64,000 bases of DNA from a virus, in the IMG/VR virus record IMGVR_UViG_3300046787_000206, positions 30,963 through 94,962 of that record; one strand, written 5' to 3'. Under the pieces are notes generated by a model that was not told the origin of the DNA, searched no databases, and saw only the letters and a program-made list of their open reading frames with translations. The position numbers and the translations under genes were made by a program. Within the stretch, counting starts at the first letter, position 1, and the number at the start of each line of letters is the position of its first letter. Positions 54,562 to 62,990 of this stretch are shown one piece after another.

Positions 54562-56499
54562 CTAGGCAGTCGCAAGGTTGCGAGCGATACCTACCTTGAC
54601 TAGTCGCTTGGCTAGACCGAACAACTGACTAGCCTCATTGACTAGCACTGCTACCTCGCAACCGTGAGTGTCAATAGTAATCTCGCTACGACTACGCTTG
54701 TAGTTCGGACCGTAATCAGCGTAACGCTCGTTCCACCAGTCGGTGTCATCTACATAGGCTAGTGCTGTAAGCACACCGCCCTTACGCAACTGACGCACGA
54801 TGTTGTCACACTCGTCACGCTGTGACCATGCTCCATCAGTAATGGAGATGATTAACTTAACGGCTCGCCTAGACTCGGCAAGAACATACTTGGCATACTT
54901 GAGAGCCTTGAGTGGCTCGGTGCCACGACCCATGTCAGTAACACGCTTCTGGTATGTAGCACGTTCATTGGCTGAGTAAAGAACACGTGCCGCATCGTCA
55001 AAGGCAATGACTGTAGTAGAGGCGTTGATTTTATCCATAGCCCGCTTGATAGCCCACATGTTGTCGTAAGCCTTGTTGATAGTCCATGACATAGAAGGAG
55101 ATGTGTCTAATAGAATGACACACTCAATGTCTACTGCGTCTTCACGACCTAGTTCCCAACGGTCAAACGCTTCGTCTACGTCACAACCAACACCGTAGCG
55201 TAGGACATTGAGTTTGCCACTGTCTTGACGCTTGTCCCACGCTGGGTCGTACTCACCCTTAAGCAACTCTAGTTCGCCACCGAATGACTTGGAGGCGGTG
55301 ACTGCTTCGAATGGCACGTCACTGTTGTATGACTCAGCCTTAGTAGGAGTAGCGACAGCATTGCTACTAAGTTCTGCTTCGCCATTGAACTGACGTATGG
55401 TGTTGTCAATGTCGTCAGACAACCTGTCCATAGCGTTGTAGAGCGTGTCTTCTAGAAGTTCATCTAGAATCTCACGGTCTTGACGGTTGTCGTCACCACG
55501 ACCTGCTTGCTTGCTACTGGCATCACTGTCAGGGGTAGGAGTGCGGTCTGACTGACCCTCTGATTGCTCGCTGTCAGACTGCTCTGACTGCTGACGTTTC
55601 ATACGGTCAATGATGTCTTGCTGTTCGCCCTTAGACATAGGCTTGCTAGTAGAGGAGGACTTGAGTTCGCCCTCTTTGCGCTGGTCGTGACCACTAGGGT
55701 CTTGGATACGTTGCCAACCAGTTGCTCGGTCATAAGCGTCAGTAGGGTTTGCTGGCTGTAGTTGCTTGACTAGTTCGTCATAACGCTGGATAAGTGGCTG
55801 TGCTAGGTTACACTGCGCTGGGTCAGCAAGGTTGAGCATTACGTACTGGTCTACGATAGATGTCATCTCCGACACACTGGCTGGGTCTTCGTATACCTGA
55901 GCGACAGCGTTACGCAACTCTATAGGCAGGTACTTACGACCTACGATGATAGGGAACGCTACTGAATACTGCTTAGGGTTGTTGAGCAAGTGCTGAGCAA
56001 TAAGAGCGACCATCCACTCGGTAATGCTTGGATACTTAGTGGTCATCATGGTCTCGATACGCATGTCTTCTAGCGCATTGAACGAACGCCATAGGTCATT
56101 CTGACGAACCCAAGTGCCTAGGTTAGAGCCAACACGAGGAGTCATAAGAATGTGGCAAATCTCGTGGAGAGATAGACCCTTGATAGCAGTAATAACCTTA
56201 GGGTCATTCAACTTACCTAACTTGCCAGTAGCAAACCAGATGTTGTCTGCGTCAGACCAAGCAGGTGCTGGAGCATTGAAGTCAGCGTCTAGGTGAACCT
56301 TGATGTGACGGAGAGTAAGGGTGCTAGCAAACTTACTGACTACCTGTGCCATACGGAGCATACGCTCGTGGTCACGATTGAGTGTGCCTGTATTAGACAA
56401 GGTAATAGTAGTTCCTACAGGAACTTCTATAGGCTCTGGCTCTGCGAATAAATCATCACCCTCGATGTCTAGTTCTAGAGGGTCTGTAAAAGCGGTCAC
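54562..56499 (-). CDS. vWA-domain protein with N-terminal HExxH metallopeptidase-like domain (CobT-like)
   Basis: HEICH and NALED; acidic linker; MIDAS DTSPS and ITDG; GTG 56499 has an AAAGG RBS. Confidence 0.85.
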   Translation of the reverse strand: MTAFTDPLELDIEGDDLFAEPEPIEVPVGTTITLSNTGTLNRDHERMLRMAQVVSKFASTLTLRHIKVHLDADFNAPAPAWSDADNIWFATGKLGKLNDPKVITAIKGLSLHEICHILMTPRVGSNLGTWVRQNDLWRSFNALEDMRIETMMTTKYPSITEWMVALIAQHLLNNPKQYSVAFPIIVGRKYLPIELRNAVAQVYEDPASVSEMTSIVDQYVMLNLADPAQCNLAQPLIQRYDELVKQLQPANPTDAYDRATGWQRIQDPSGHDQRKEGELKSSSTSKPMSKGEQQDIIDRMKRQQSEQSDSEQSEGQSDRTPTPDSDASSKQAGRGDDNRQDREILDELLEDTLYNAMDRLSDDIDNTIRQFNGEAELSSNAVATPTKAESYNSDVPFEAVTASKSFGGELELLKGEYDPAWDKRQDSGKLNVLRYGVGCDVDEAFDRWELGREDAVDIECVILLDTSPSMSWTINKAYDNMWAIKRAMDKINASTTVIAFDDAARVLYSANERATYQKRVTDMGRGTEPLKALKYAKYVLAESRRAVKLIISITDGAWSQRDECDNIVRQLRKGGVLTALAYVDDTDWWNERYADYGPNYKRSRSEITIDTHGCEVAVLVNEASQLFGLAKRLVKVGIARNLATA

Positions 56500-56540
56500 G
56501 ATGTGCCTTTCTATAGGTGCGGAATGTTTGTGTTGGAGCC

Positions 56541-56572
56541 ACACCCTAGGTAACTACTGCTACCTAGGGTGT
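56541..56572. promoter_or_regulatory. Intergenic hairpin between AAA+ and vWA genes
   Basis: ACACCCTAGGTA / TACCTAGGGTGT perfect 12-bp stem, loop ACTACTGC. Confidence 0.65.
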
Positions 56573-56581
56573 GTATAGCAA

Positions 56582-58009
56582 CTACTTGACTGAGTATGCG
56601 CCAGTAGAGACGTTGAGTTCCTGAGCAATCTTGTCGAACTCAGCGTCAAAGCGCATCTTGAGAGCCTCACGCTCACCGTCAGACTTAGGGAACGCATTGA
56701 GTAGTGCGGTCACTGCGAACTCAAAGTTAAGGTTGGTAGCCTGAGCAATGAAGTTCTTAAGCAAGCGGGTAGACATAGGTACTGAGAACTGGTCGCTCAT
56801 CTCGCTAGCCTGACGGATACTGTTAGCGAACAACAGCAAGGTAGGTGACTTGATGAACTTGGATTCAATCTTGTCGTCATACTTGAACTCCAACTTGACG
56901 TTGAAGCGGTCTAGTAGGGCGTTGTCCTGACGAACTGTGCCTGTATAACCTAGACCTGTGTTCTGGTCAGCAATAAAGATACATTCTGGGTGAACCTTGA
57001 TGACCTCGTTGAGTGGCTCGATAAGCAACTCACGCTCTTGTAGCAGACGTAGGAACAACGAAGCAGACTTGGCGTTCATACGGGTCAACTCGTTGATAAG
57101 GATTACTGACGGCTGTTGAATGGCTGTTGCCAACTGTGAGTAAGTCCAGCGCATACTGTTACCTACACCAGTTGGAACGTAACGACCCTGAGTAATACTC
57201 TGGTCAATCTGCTGTGTACATTCGATAGTGACGAACGGCAGGTTGTGCTTAGCGGCATAGTTTCTAGCACTACTGGTCTTACCTGTGCCAGCGTCACCAG
57301 TGAGTAGCACGTTCAACTGTGACTTGTGAGCCCAAGCGTATACCTGTGACTCCGTAACGCCGTTCCACTCACGCTCATAGTATTCTTCTACATCAGGTGT
57401 GTGTAGCACCGCTTGTGTAGTAACTTCTGTGGCTGGTGGAGAGATTAGTGTAGTCATCTCCATAACATTCTCCTTTACTGGTTCTGTAGTAGTGATGGAC
57501 AAGCCCATCAACTTGTCACGCAACTCTTCTAGCGTCTCCATAACAGGTTCGTCTACTGGCTCTACTACGGTCTCTACTACAGGCTGTGGTGTTACCTGAA
57601 TAGACGGGCTAACTACTACTGGTGACATAGCCTTGGTGTATTTCATAAGGCTTGCTGGGCTAGTTACTGCGTCACTCAAGATGTCGGTGTATACCTGCCC
57701 TAGAGTGTTAGGTGCTAGGACATACGCTTCATCTTTTACCTGACGCACTAGTTTCTGCATCAAGGTAGTAGGTGTTAGAGGGAACTGTAGGTCTCGGTAG
57801 TCACTAGGCGTAATGGAGATAGCCTTAGGGACACCTACAATGAACTCGTCTAGTGCTACTGCGTCAGGTGCGGTCTCTGACCAAGCCCCTGAGACACCAC
57901 GACCACCACCTACACGATTGAACACTCGGACTGACTTATCCATAAGTGGAACTACTGCGGTCTGTCGAACTCCATAAGGAGACTGCGACTGGATTATAAC
58001 TGCGAACAT
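56582..58009 (-). CDS. MoxR/CobS/CbbQ-type AAA+ ATPase
   Basis: GDAGTGKT Walker A, ILINE Walker B variant, ALLDRF arginine finger; likely start ATG 58009. Confidence 0.85.
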   Translation of the reverse strand: MFAVIIQSQSPYGVRQTAVVPLMDKSVRVFNRVGGGRGVSGAWSETAPDAVALDEFIVGVPKAISITPSDYRDLQFPLTPTTLMQKLVRQVKDEAYVLAPNTLGQVYTDILSDAVTSPASLMKYTKAMSPVVVSPSIQVTPQPVVETVVEPVDEPVMETLEELRDKLMGLSITTTEPVKENVMEMTTLISPPATEVTTQAVLHTPDVEEYYEREWNGVTESQVYAWAHKSQLNVLLTGDAGTGKTSSARNYAAKHNLPFVTIECTQQIDQSITQGRYVPTGVGNSMRWTYSQLATAIQQPSVILINELTRMNAKSASLFLRLLQERELLIEPLNEVIKVHPECIFIADQNTGLGYTGTVRQDNALLDRFNVKLEFKYDDKIESKFIKSPTLLLFANSIRQASEMSDQFSVPMSTRLLKNFIAQATNLNFEFAVTALLNAFPKSDGEREALKMRFDAEFDKIAQELNVSTGAYSVK

Positions 58010-58025
58010 ACTATTACTCTCTTTC

Positions 58026-58217
58026 TTATAGGGTGTTGCTGGTTTTGTTTGTGTTGGCACGCTCTGCGAGGAACTCTCGTAGAACTTCAGCGTAGATAGC
58101 GGCAACTTCTACATCTTCTAGATTCACTAGGTCACCGTCAGTCTCCTGTGGTCTGCTATCTACAGGTGGTAGGTAGGGCTCCATTAGACTCTTGATGAGT
58201 TCAATTGGGTCTGTCAT
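58026..58217 (-). CDS. Hypothetical protein
   Basis: AAGGAG RBS; ATGA overlap. Confidence 0.65.
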   Translation of the reverse strand: MTDPIELIKSLMEPYLPPVDSRPQETDGDLVNLEDVEVAAIYAEVLREFLAERANTNKTSNTL

Positions 58218-59020
58218 ACTGTCTCTCCTTCTAGTTGTGTTACTACATACTCAGGCTCATACTGCTTAGTGAGTAGTTCTACTCCAGCAATGGGGTCATA
58301 GCCTGAGAGGTCATTGGTTACTGCTTGCTGTGCGTCTTCTGCGCTACGAGCCTTAACAGTAAAGGTGGATACTAGTTTGACTTCGTATACTGTGTCGAAT
58401 GTCTTGCCAGGGCAATCGTCATACCAGTCATCAACATCATCAGTTTGCGAGCAATAGCAAGAGTCCACACGGTCAAGGTCTACATAGTCTTGGTGACTGC
58501 CTGGAATGTCCCACTCTTTAGTAGGGGTATAGACTCCGTTGTTATTCTTAGCCTCTGCGCCCCAGCCCTGCTCTTCTTCATAGGAGAAGTCAATGTCTAG
58601 AGTAGGGAACTGCTCACAGATAGCGTGGAACACTTCAATAGGAGCGCCCCAAGGACTGTCGAAGGTAACGCTTACAGACGCTCGGTTCTGGTCATCTCTA
58701 TAGATGTCTAGGTCAGCACTACCAGCATCCCACTTGACTCCCCAGTTAGAGCAGTTCCAGTTATACCAGTTGAACTCTGTATCACCTGTTCTGGTGAAGC
58801 CGCCTTTACCATCAGCCTTACTACCATTGGTCTCGTGATACTCGTCTCGGTGCTCTCTATCTAGAGTGATGAATGAGTGGTATGAGAACGACTTACCTGA
58901 CTCCCAGTCATCATCATTTAGAAACTCAGGCTTACTAGAGATGAGAGTAATAAATCGCTCCATCTCCTCTAGGTCGTTAGGTCCTGCTACCTGAACGCTG
59001 TTGTATACCCAGTTTGGCAT
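58214..59020 (-). CDS. DUF1281/YubB-like ferredoxin-fold protein
   Basis: MPNWVYN, WYNWNCSNWGVKWD, FDSPWGAP motifs. Confidence 0.8.
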   Translation of the reverse strand: MPNWVYNSVQVAGPNDLEEMERFITLISSKPEFLNDDDWESGKSFSYHSFITLDREHRDEYHETNGSKADGKGGFTRTGDTEFNWYNWNCSNWGVKWDAGSADLDIYRDDQNRASVSVTFDSPWGAPIEVFHAICEQFPTLDIDFSYEEEQGWGAEAKNNNGVYTPTKEWDIPGSHQDYVDLDRVDSCYCSQTDDVDDWYDDCPGKTFDTVYEVKLVSTFTVKARSAEDAQQAVTNDLSGYDPIAGVELLTKQYEPEYVVTQLEGETV

Positions 59021-59142
59021 TACTTGCTCCTTCTAACTAATACTGCCTGCCATACAGACAGTTGAATGACTACTAGGCTAATGAGCCTGATGAGCCAAGT
59101 GTTTAGTGTGTGGTTATAGCGGTGTTTGTGTTGGTTGCTCAT
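59020..59142 (-). CDS. 40-aa hydrophobic peptide; not in ORF track
   Basis: GGAGGAG RBS; MSNQHKHRYNHTLNTWLIRLISLVVIQLSVWQAVLVRRSK; TAATG overlap. Confidence 0.55.
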   Translation of the reverse strand: MSNQHKHRYNHTLNTWLIRLISLVVIQLSVWQAVLVRRSK

Positions 59143-59205
59143 AGCGTTGCTCCTCCATCTAGTTCTTACGAACTAATGCGCTCTCACTCATAGAGAGCAC
59201 ACTAG

Positions 59206-59250
59206 AAAATAAGAACGCCCCTGCTACACGTCTGTATAGCAGGGGCTTCT
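59206..59250 (-). terminator. Intrinsic terminator
   Basis: GCCCCTGCTA / TAGCAGGGGC stem with U-rich tail on minus strand. Confidence 0.7.
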
Positions 59251-59257
59251 CTCTTAC

Positions 59258-59740
59258 TTATAGTGATGCGGTAATACGGTTGAACTCACTCACAGTGAAC
59301 TTAGTGCCTACTTCGATACAAGATAGCCACTCAATAGAGTTCTTTAGGTCGTGAATAACCTGGTCTACTGACTGCGTGCGCCCCTGACGGTCATACATAC
59401 GAGGGAACTCTACATACTTACGCTCTGGGTAAGTGTATAGGGTGTCCCAGTCAGGCTCGTTGTTCAAGACATCACTAGGTAGACGGAACTCTACTGTAGT
59501 GTCTCCACGATAGTTCTTACCCAGAGATAGGCTCTCTAGGTTGGCAGGCTTACGAAGATACTGCTTGATAGACCCTACTGCCCACTTGTGATACTCCTTC
59601 TTACGAGTCTCACGAATAGAGTCAGTCTCCTTACGGTAGTCCTCGTCATACTGCTTCTGCTCTGCCTGTAGTTTCTCTAGTAGAGCGATTTTTGCCTTAG
59701 CCTTGGCTATAACTGCTGGAAGGTTCATTTCGATTGCCAT
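59258..59740 (-). CDS. Hypothetical protein
   Basis: AAGGAG RBS. Confidence 0.75.
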   Translation of the reverse strand: MAIEMNLPAVIAKAKAKIALLEKLQAEQKQYDEDYRKETDSIRETRKKEYHKWAVGSIKQYLRKPANLESLSLGKNYRGDTTVEFRLPSDVLNNEPDWDTLYTYPERKYVEFPRMYDRQGRTQSVDQVIHDLKNSIEWLSCIEVGTKFTVSEFNRITASL

Positions 59741-59768
59741 TGTGTATCTCCTTAGTTGTTGTTTGGTG

Positions 59769-60059
59769 TTACTTGGTTACTTTTAGCCCACGGCGGGCAA
59801 TGCCAGTGTGAATACTTGTGGTCACACTGAACTTCTTGTCTGTTACCCAGATGTTTCTAGAGGTAACTACATCATTGTTCTCGTCATAGTCCTGTGTATA
59901 GGTGACTGTGGCGATAGGTTCGGCGTATGACATAACTACATACTGCCTAACGCTGTCTATAACGGTGTTATAGCCTCTTAGAGAGCCTGTAGAGAGGATA
60001 AAGTCTTGCTCATTAGCCACACGCTCTACAGCGTCTTTACGGTTTACTTTGATGCTCAT
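59769..60059 (-). CDS. Hypothetical protein
   Basis: AAGGAG RBS; SYAEPIA...FSVTTSIH motif. Confidence 0.75.
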   Translation of the reverse strand: MSIKVNRKDAVERVANEQDFILSTGSLRGYNTVIDSVRQYVVMSYAEPIATVTYTQDYDENNDVVTSRNIWVTDKKFSVTTSIHTGIARRGLKVTK

Positions 60060-60092
60060 TGTTTTGCTCCTTATAGGTTTGTTTGTGTTGGG

Positions 60093-60443
60093 CTAGCCGT
60101 AGATTACTTCACCGAAGCACGCTACTTGAATGATTACGTCATAGACTTCGCTATCCATACGGTGTGCGTCTTCGTAGTTCATAAGGTCTAGGGCGATAGC
60201 GTCTACTATGTCTGACCTAATGGCTACTTCTCTATCTAATAGAGACTGGATAGCCTTAGTAATGTCTGAGTAGTGAACTACATAGACCTTTCCATCTTCT
60301 CCATCAGTGATGGTATATGTCTGTGCGTCTTCGTCTACTACGGCTTTAGTTGCCCAGTAGTGGATACCATAGCCAGCCCCCTCAATGATGTCTTCAATCA
60401 TCTCGTGGGTTACTTCTACGTTCATACGGACTACATAAGTCAT
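60093..60443 (-). CDS. Acidic hypothetical protein
   Basis: GIHYWA...DVIIQVACFGEVIYG motif. Confidence 0.75.
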   Translation of the reverse strand: MTYVVRMNVEVTHEMIEDIIEGAGYGIHYWATKAVVDEDAQTYTITDGEDGKVYVVHYSDITKAIQSLLDREVAIRSDIVDAIALDLMNYEDAHRMDSEVYDVIIQVACFGEVIYG

Positions 60444-60542
60444 TAGTTACTCTTTCCTGTTACTTCTAGGCAGACGACACAGATTTGGTATAGGTCGCCA
60501 AGTTCTAGGTCGTCTACTGGGTCAATGAATGTGTGAATGTGC

Positions 60543-60755
60543 TTAGGCATACATAACCTTCATCTCGTAGTCATAGGCATAACGCTCTGCGTCACTCCAA
60601 GCCATCTCTCCATAGAACAACTTGGTCTTCTTATCACTGGTTACTACCTTGAAATAGTCATCATCAAAGACTGCTGTGCCTACATAGATGCTGTAGTCAT
60701 TCGTCTCGTCTTGTAGTTCCCACTCTTTTACTAGGGCTACGCTCGGCTTGCTCAT
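60543..60755 (-). CDS. Hypothetical protein
   Basis: AAGGAG RBS. Confidence 0.7.
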   Translation of the reverse strand: MSKPSVALVKEWELQDETNDYSIYVGTAVFDDDYFKVVTSDKKTKLFYGEMAWSDAERYAYDYEMKVMYA

Positions 60756-60882
60756 TACTTGCTCTCCTTCTTGAATAGGGCTACGGCTTCACGCTTGGTG
60801 TAGCCATAGTATTGCTTAGTTACTAAGTAGCCGTTCACTACGTCACTAATGACATAGGCACCGCTATAGTTCTTCTCTATGC

Positions 60883-61068
60883 TCACTTGTTCATCTCCTT
60901 TACATAGGCTAGACGGCGTAGTGCCTGCTCTAGTTCATACCTGACTCCTGTTACAGCCTCGTCTAACTGTGCCGTAGGGTGCCCAGCCATAGTTCTTAGG
61001 CTTAGATACTGGGATAACTTACGCTGTAACCCTGCTATCTGTGCTTTGACTTCATCTTCTTTATACAT
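60883..61068 (-). CDS. Hypothetical helical protein
   Basis: AAGGAGG RBS. Confidence 0.7.
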   Translation of the reverse strand: MYKEDEVKAQIAGLQRKLSQYLSLRTMAGHPTAQLDEAVTGVRYELEQALRRLAYVKEMNK

Positions 61069-61309
61069 AACAGCCTCCTTAGGCTATACATAAAACGCCC
61101 CTGCCGAGTGGCAGAGGCTATGGGGGGGTCTAAGGGGGGGCTACGCCCTCCCCTTTAGAAGAAAAGACCTGTGATGGTCTTTAGAAGAGAGAGAAGAATA
61201 ACTATAGAGAAGAAACACATAGATAGATACATACTCTCTCCCTTGGCTTGTGTGACTTATAGGTGCCGTTTGTTTGTGTCGGTCACCTATAGCCCAAGAA
61301 CTTCTAGGT

Positions 61310-61520
61310 CCTCCTTTAGGACTTGCTCTTGGTCTTTGTGTGGGTGTCTTCTAGAGGAGAGTTAGCCCACTCTTCAAACTTCTTACTGGCTTCCTCATAG
61401 CATTCAGGACAAGAAGGAACATACCTGTGAATGTCCTTTACCTCTATAGAGCAGGCTTGGTTACACTCGATACATACGTATTGAAACATCTTGACCTCCT
61501 TTAGGTCTTGCTCTTGGTCT
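61310..61520. repeat. 26-bp direct repeat flanking the zinc-ribbon gene
   Basis: CCTCCTTTAGG(A/T)CTTGCTCTTGGTCT at 61310-61335 and 61495-61520. Confidence 0.85.
61316..61489 (-). CDS. 57-aa zinc-ribbon protein; not in ORF track
   Basis: AAGGAGG RBS; MFQYVCIECNQ...SCPECYEE. Confidence 0.7.
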   Translation of the reverse strand: MFQYVCIECNQACSIEVKDIHRYVPSCPECYEEASKKFEEWANSPLEDTHTKTKSKS

Positions 61521-61532
61521 CTCCAAGAAGCA

Positions 61533-61565
61533 GAAAACCCTACCAGCAGGGGATACTGATAGGGC
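61533..61565 (-). terminator. Probable intrinsic terminator
   Basis: Minus strand CCCTATCAG...CTGGTAGGG-TTTTCT. Confidence 0.55.
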
Positions 61566-61658
61566 TTCCTATTACTTGGTATTAGTGAAGGGGGGGTCTG
61601 TTTGACCTGGTCTTACCAGCCATTGACCCCCCCTATCACTTTGGCAGTAGCCTAACTA

Positions 61659-62096
61659 CTAGCCAAGTAGGGCACGAAGGTCTTTAGTTGCTAGTGAGAA
61701 CTTCTCACCGTTAGCAACTTTGCCCTTCTGAATCTTGCGGAGAACATCCCACGCTTCGCCCTGCTCTGCCAATAGGGCAGGGGTCTCTTCGATAGCCCAA
61801 ACAGTGCCAGTCTTCTCGTTGACGCCAGCCTTAGCCTTAGTGGCTAGGGTGTTAAGGGCTACCATAGCAACCTTGCTAAGGGTCATTAGAGAGCCGTCGG
61901 CAAACTCGAAGTGGGTCTGCTTAGAGTAGGCAATGGCTTCGGCGTTCTGAGCCTTAGCAAAAGACGCCTTGGCTTCGGCTCGCTCGGCTATAACTTGGAA
62001 CGAGATGTTACGGGTCTGCTCATCCTGAGACTTGCTTAGAGTCTTGACGGTAGCGTCATCTAGAGATGAGACGATTTCAATGGTCAATAGAGACAT
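61659..62096 (-). CDS. Ala/Lys-rich hypothetical protein, first gene of the minus-strand operon
   Basis: 145-aa ORF with TAGGT RBS-like sequence. Confidence 0.75.
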   Translation of the reverse strand: MSLLTIEIVSSLDDATVKTLSKSQDEQTRNISFQVIAERAEAKASFAKAQNAEAIAYSKQTHFEFADGSLMTLSKVAMVALNTLATKAKAGVNEKTGTVWAIEETPALLAEQGEAWDVLRKIQKGKVANGEKFSLATKDLRALLG

Positions 62097-62119
62097 TATG
62101 TAACCTAACTGTTAGTGAA

Positions 62120-62600
62120 CGAATGGGGTTATGGAGTCATAGCCCCTAACCCGCCACCCTAGGGGGATAGGGTGACGAGATAGCGGTTATGGTTACTAGG
62201 GGGGCAGGGATAGCACGGGTTAGGTGATAGCAAGTTAGGCGAACCTAAGCCCTGCCCCCTAGCAACGGTATAGACACGGCGTTAGCCGTGAATAGGTCAC
62301 TAAGTCATAGGGTTGCCTAGCACAGTCATTAGCGGAATGGTCACGCTAGAGGTCATCAGGGCATAGGTTGCCCGAACGCCTATCGGCTAGGGGGGTCAAG
62401 CCAGTGGACAACAACTAACTACTGCCTAGTTGCTCTCAATCACTCGGTGTTGATTAGTTGAACACTAACAGACCCCTAATCTGATAAGTGACTACCCCTG
62501 CCATAGGGCATCAACCGCAATGGTGACGGGGAAGTGGCCAGGTGAGAAACACGGTTGGGGCCTATCAAGTCAAGGCAGTAGCCTAAACAGGGGTAGTCAA
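62120..62600. ncRNA. Candidate large structured non-coding RNA (strand unresolved)
   Basis: No ORF in the track; at least eight consecutive or nested stems and a loop complementary to a distal 8-mer. Confidence 0.5.
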
Positions 62601-62633
62601 GATGGCTAAGAGGGCTGTGATAGCATAAGTGAC

Positions 62634-62828
62634 ATGAATGAACTATTTACTGCCGCCACTGGCTATAAAGCAGACCCGCTCCACTTCGCTATGCTCGACT
62701 TGTACGTACGAGCGGGTGCCGAGGGAGACATCCTCGAACAGATTGCTGACATGAGCACGTTCTACCCTGAGCCAGACTTGGCCGAGGTGGGCTTTGTTGT
62801 CGTCTGGGACGCCATGCTGAAGGGCTAA
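62634..62828 (+). CDS. Hypothetical protein, probably leaderless
   Basis: TAGCAT-N7-ATG upstream. Confidence 0.55.
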   Translation: MNELFTAATGYKADPLHFAMLDLYVRAGAEGDILEQIADMSTFYPEPDLAEVGFVVVWDAMLKG

Positions 62829-62990
62829 GTGTCGCTTTTCCCCAAGGAACAAACACCCGTTTTCGTGCGTACGGACGAATTGCTTACACTACAGGGCCCC
62901 CTGTATACAATTCGTACGCCTTTTCGTGAGTACTGACTAATTTTTCAAAGTTAGCCCTAAAACGCCCCAGCTCCCTGCCATACTATCTTC

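Noticed and set aside
61122-61160. G-runs as a G-quadruplex
   Set aside because: Only two G7 runs, and the second pairs with the adjacent CTCCCCTTTAGA as an ordinary hairpin
52757-61282. CCAACACAAAC copies as a CRISPR-like array
   Set aside because: The repeat is only 11 bp and copies are 1-2 kb apart, separated by whole genes
62120-62600. tRNA, tmRNA, group I intron, hammerhead or twister identity for the structured region
   Set aside because: No T-loop/acceptor stem seen; GACTA/TAGTC is part of a perfect 11-bp stem lacking flanking P7 consensus; CTGATAAG and TAACTACTGCC only partly resemble ribozyme cores
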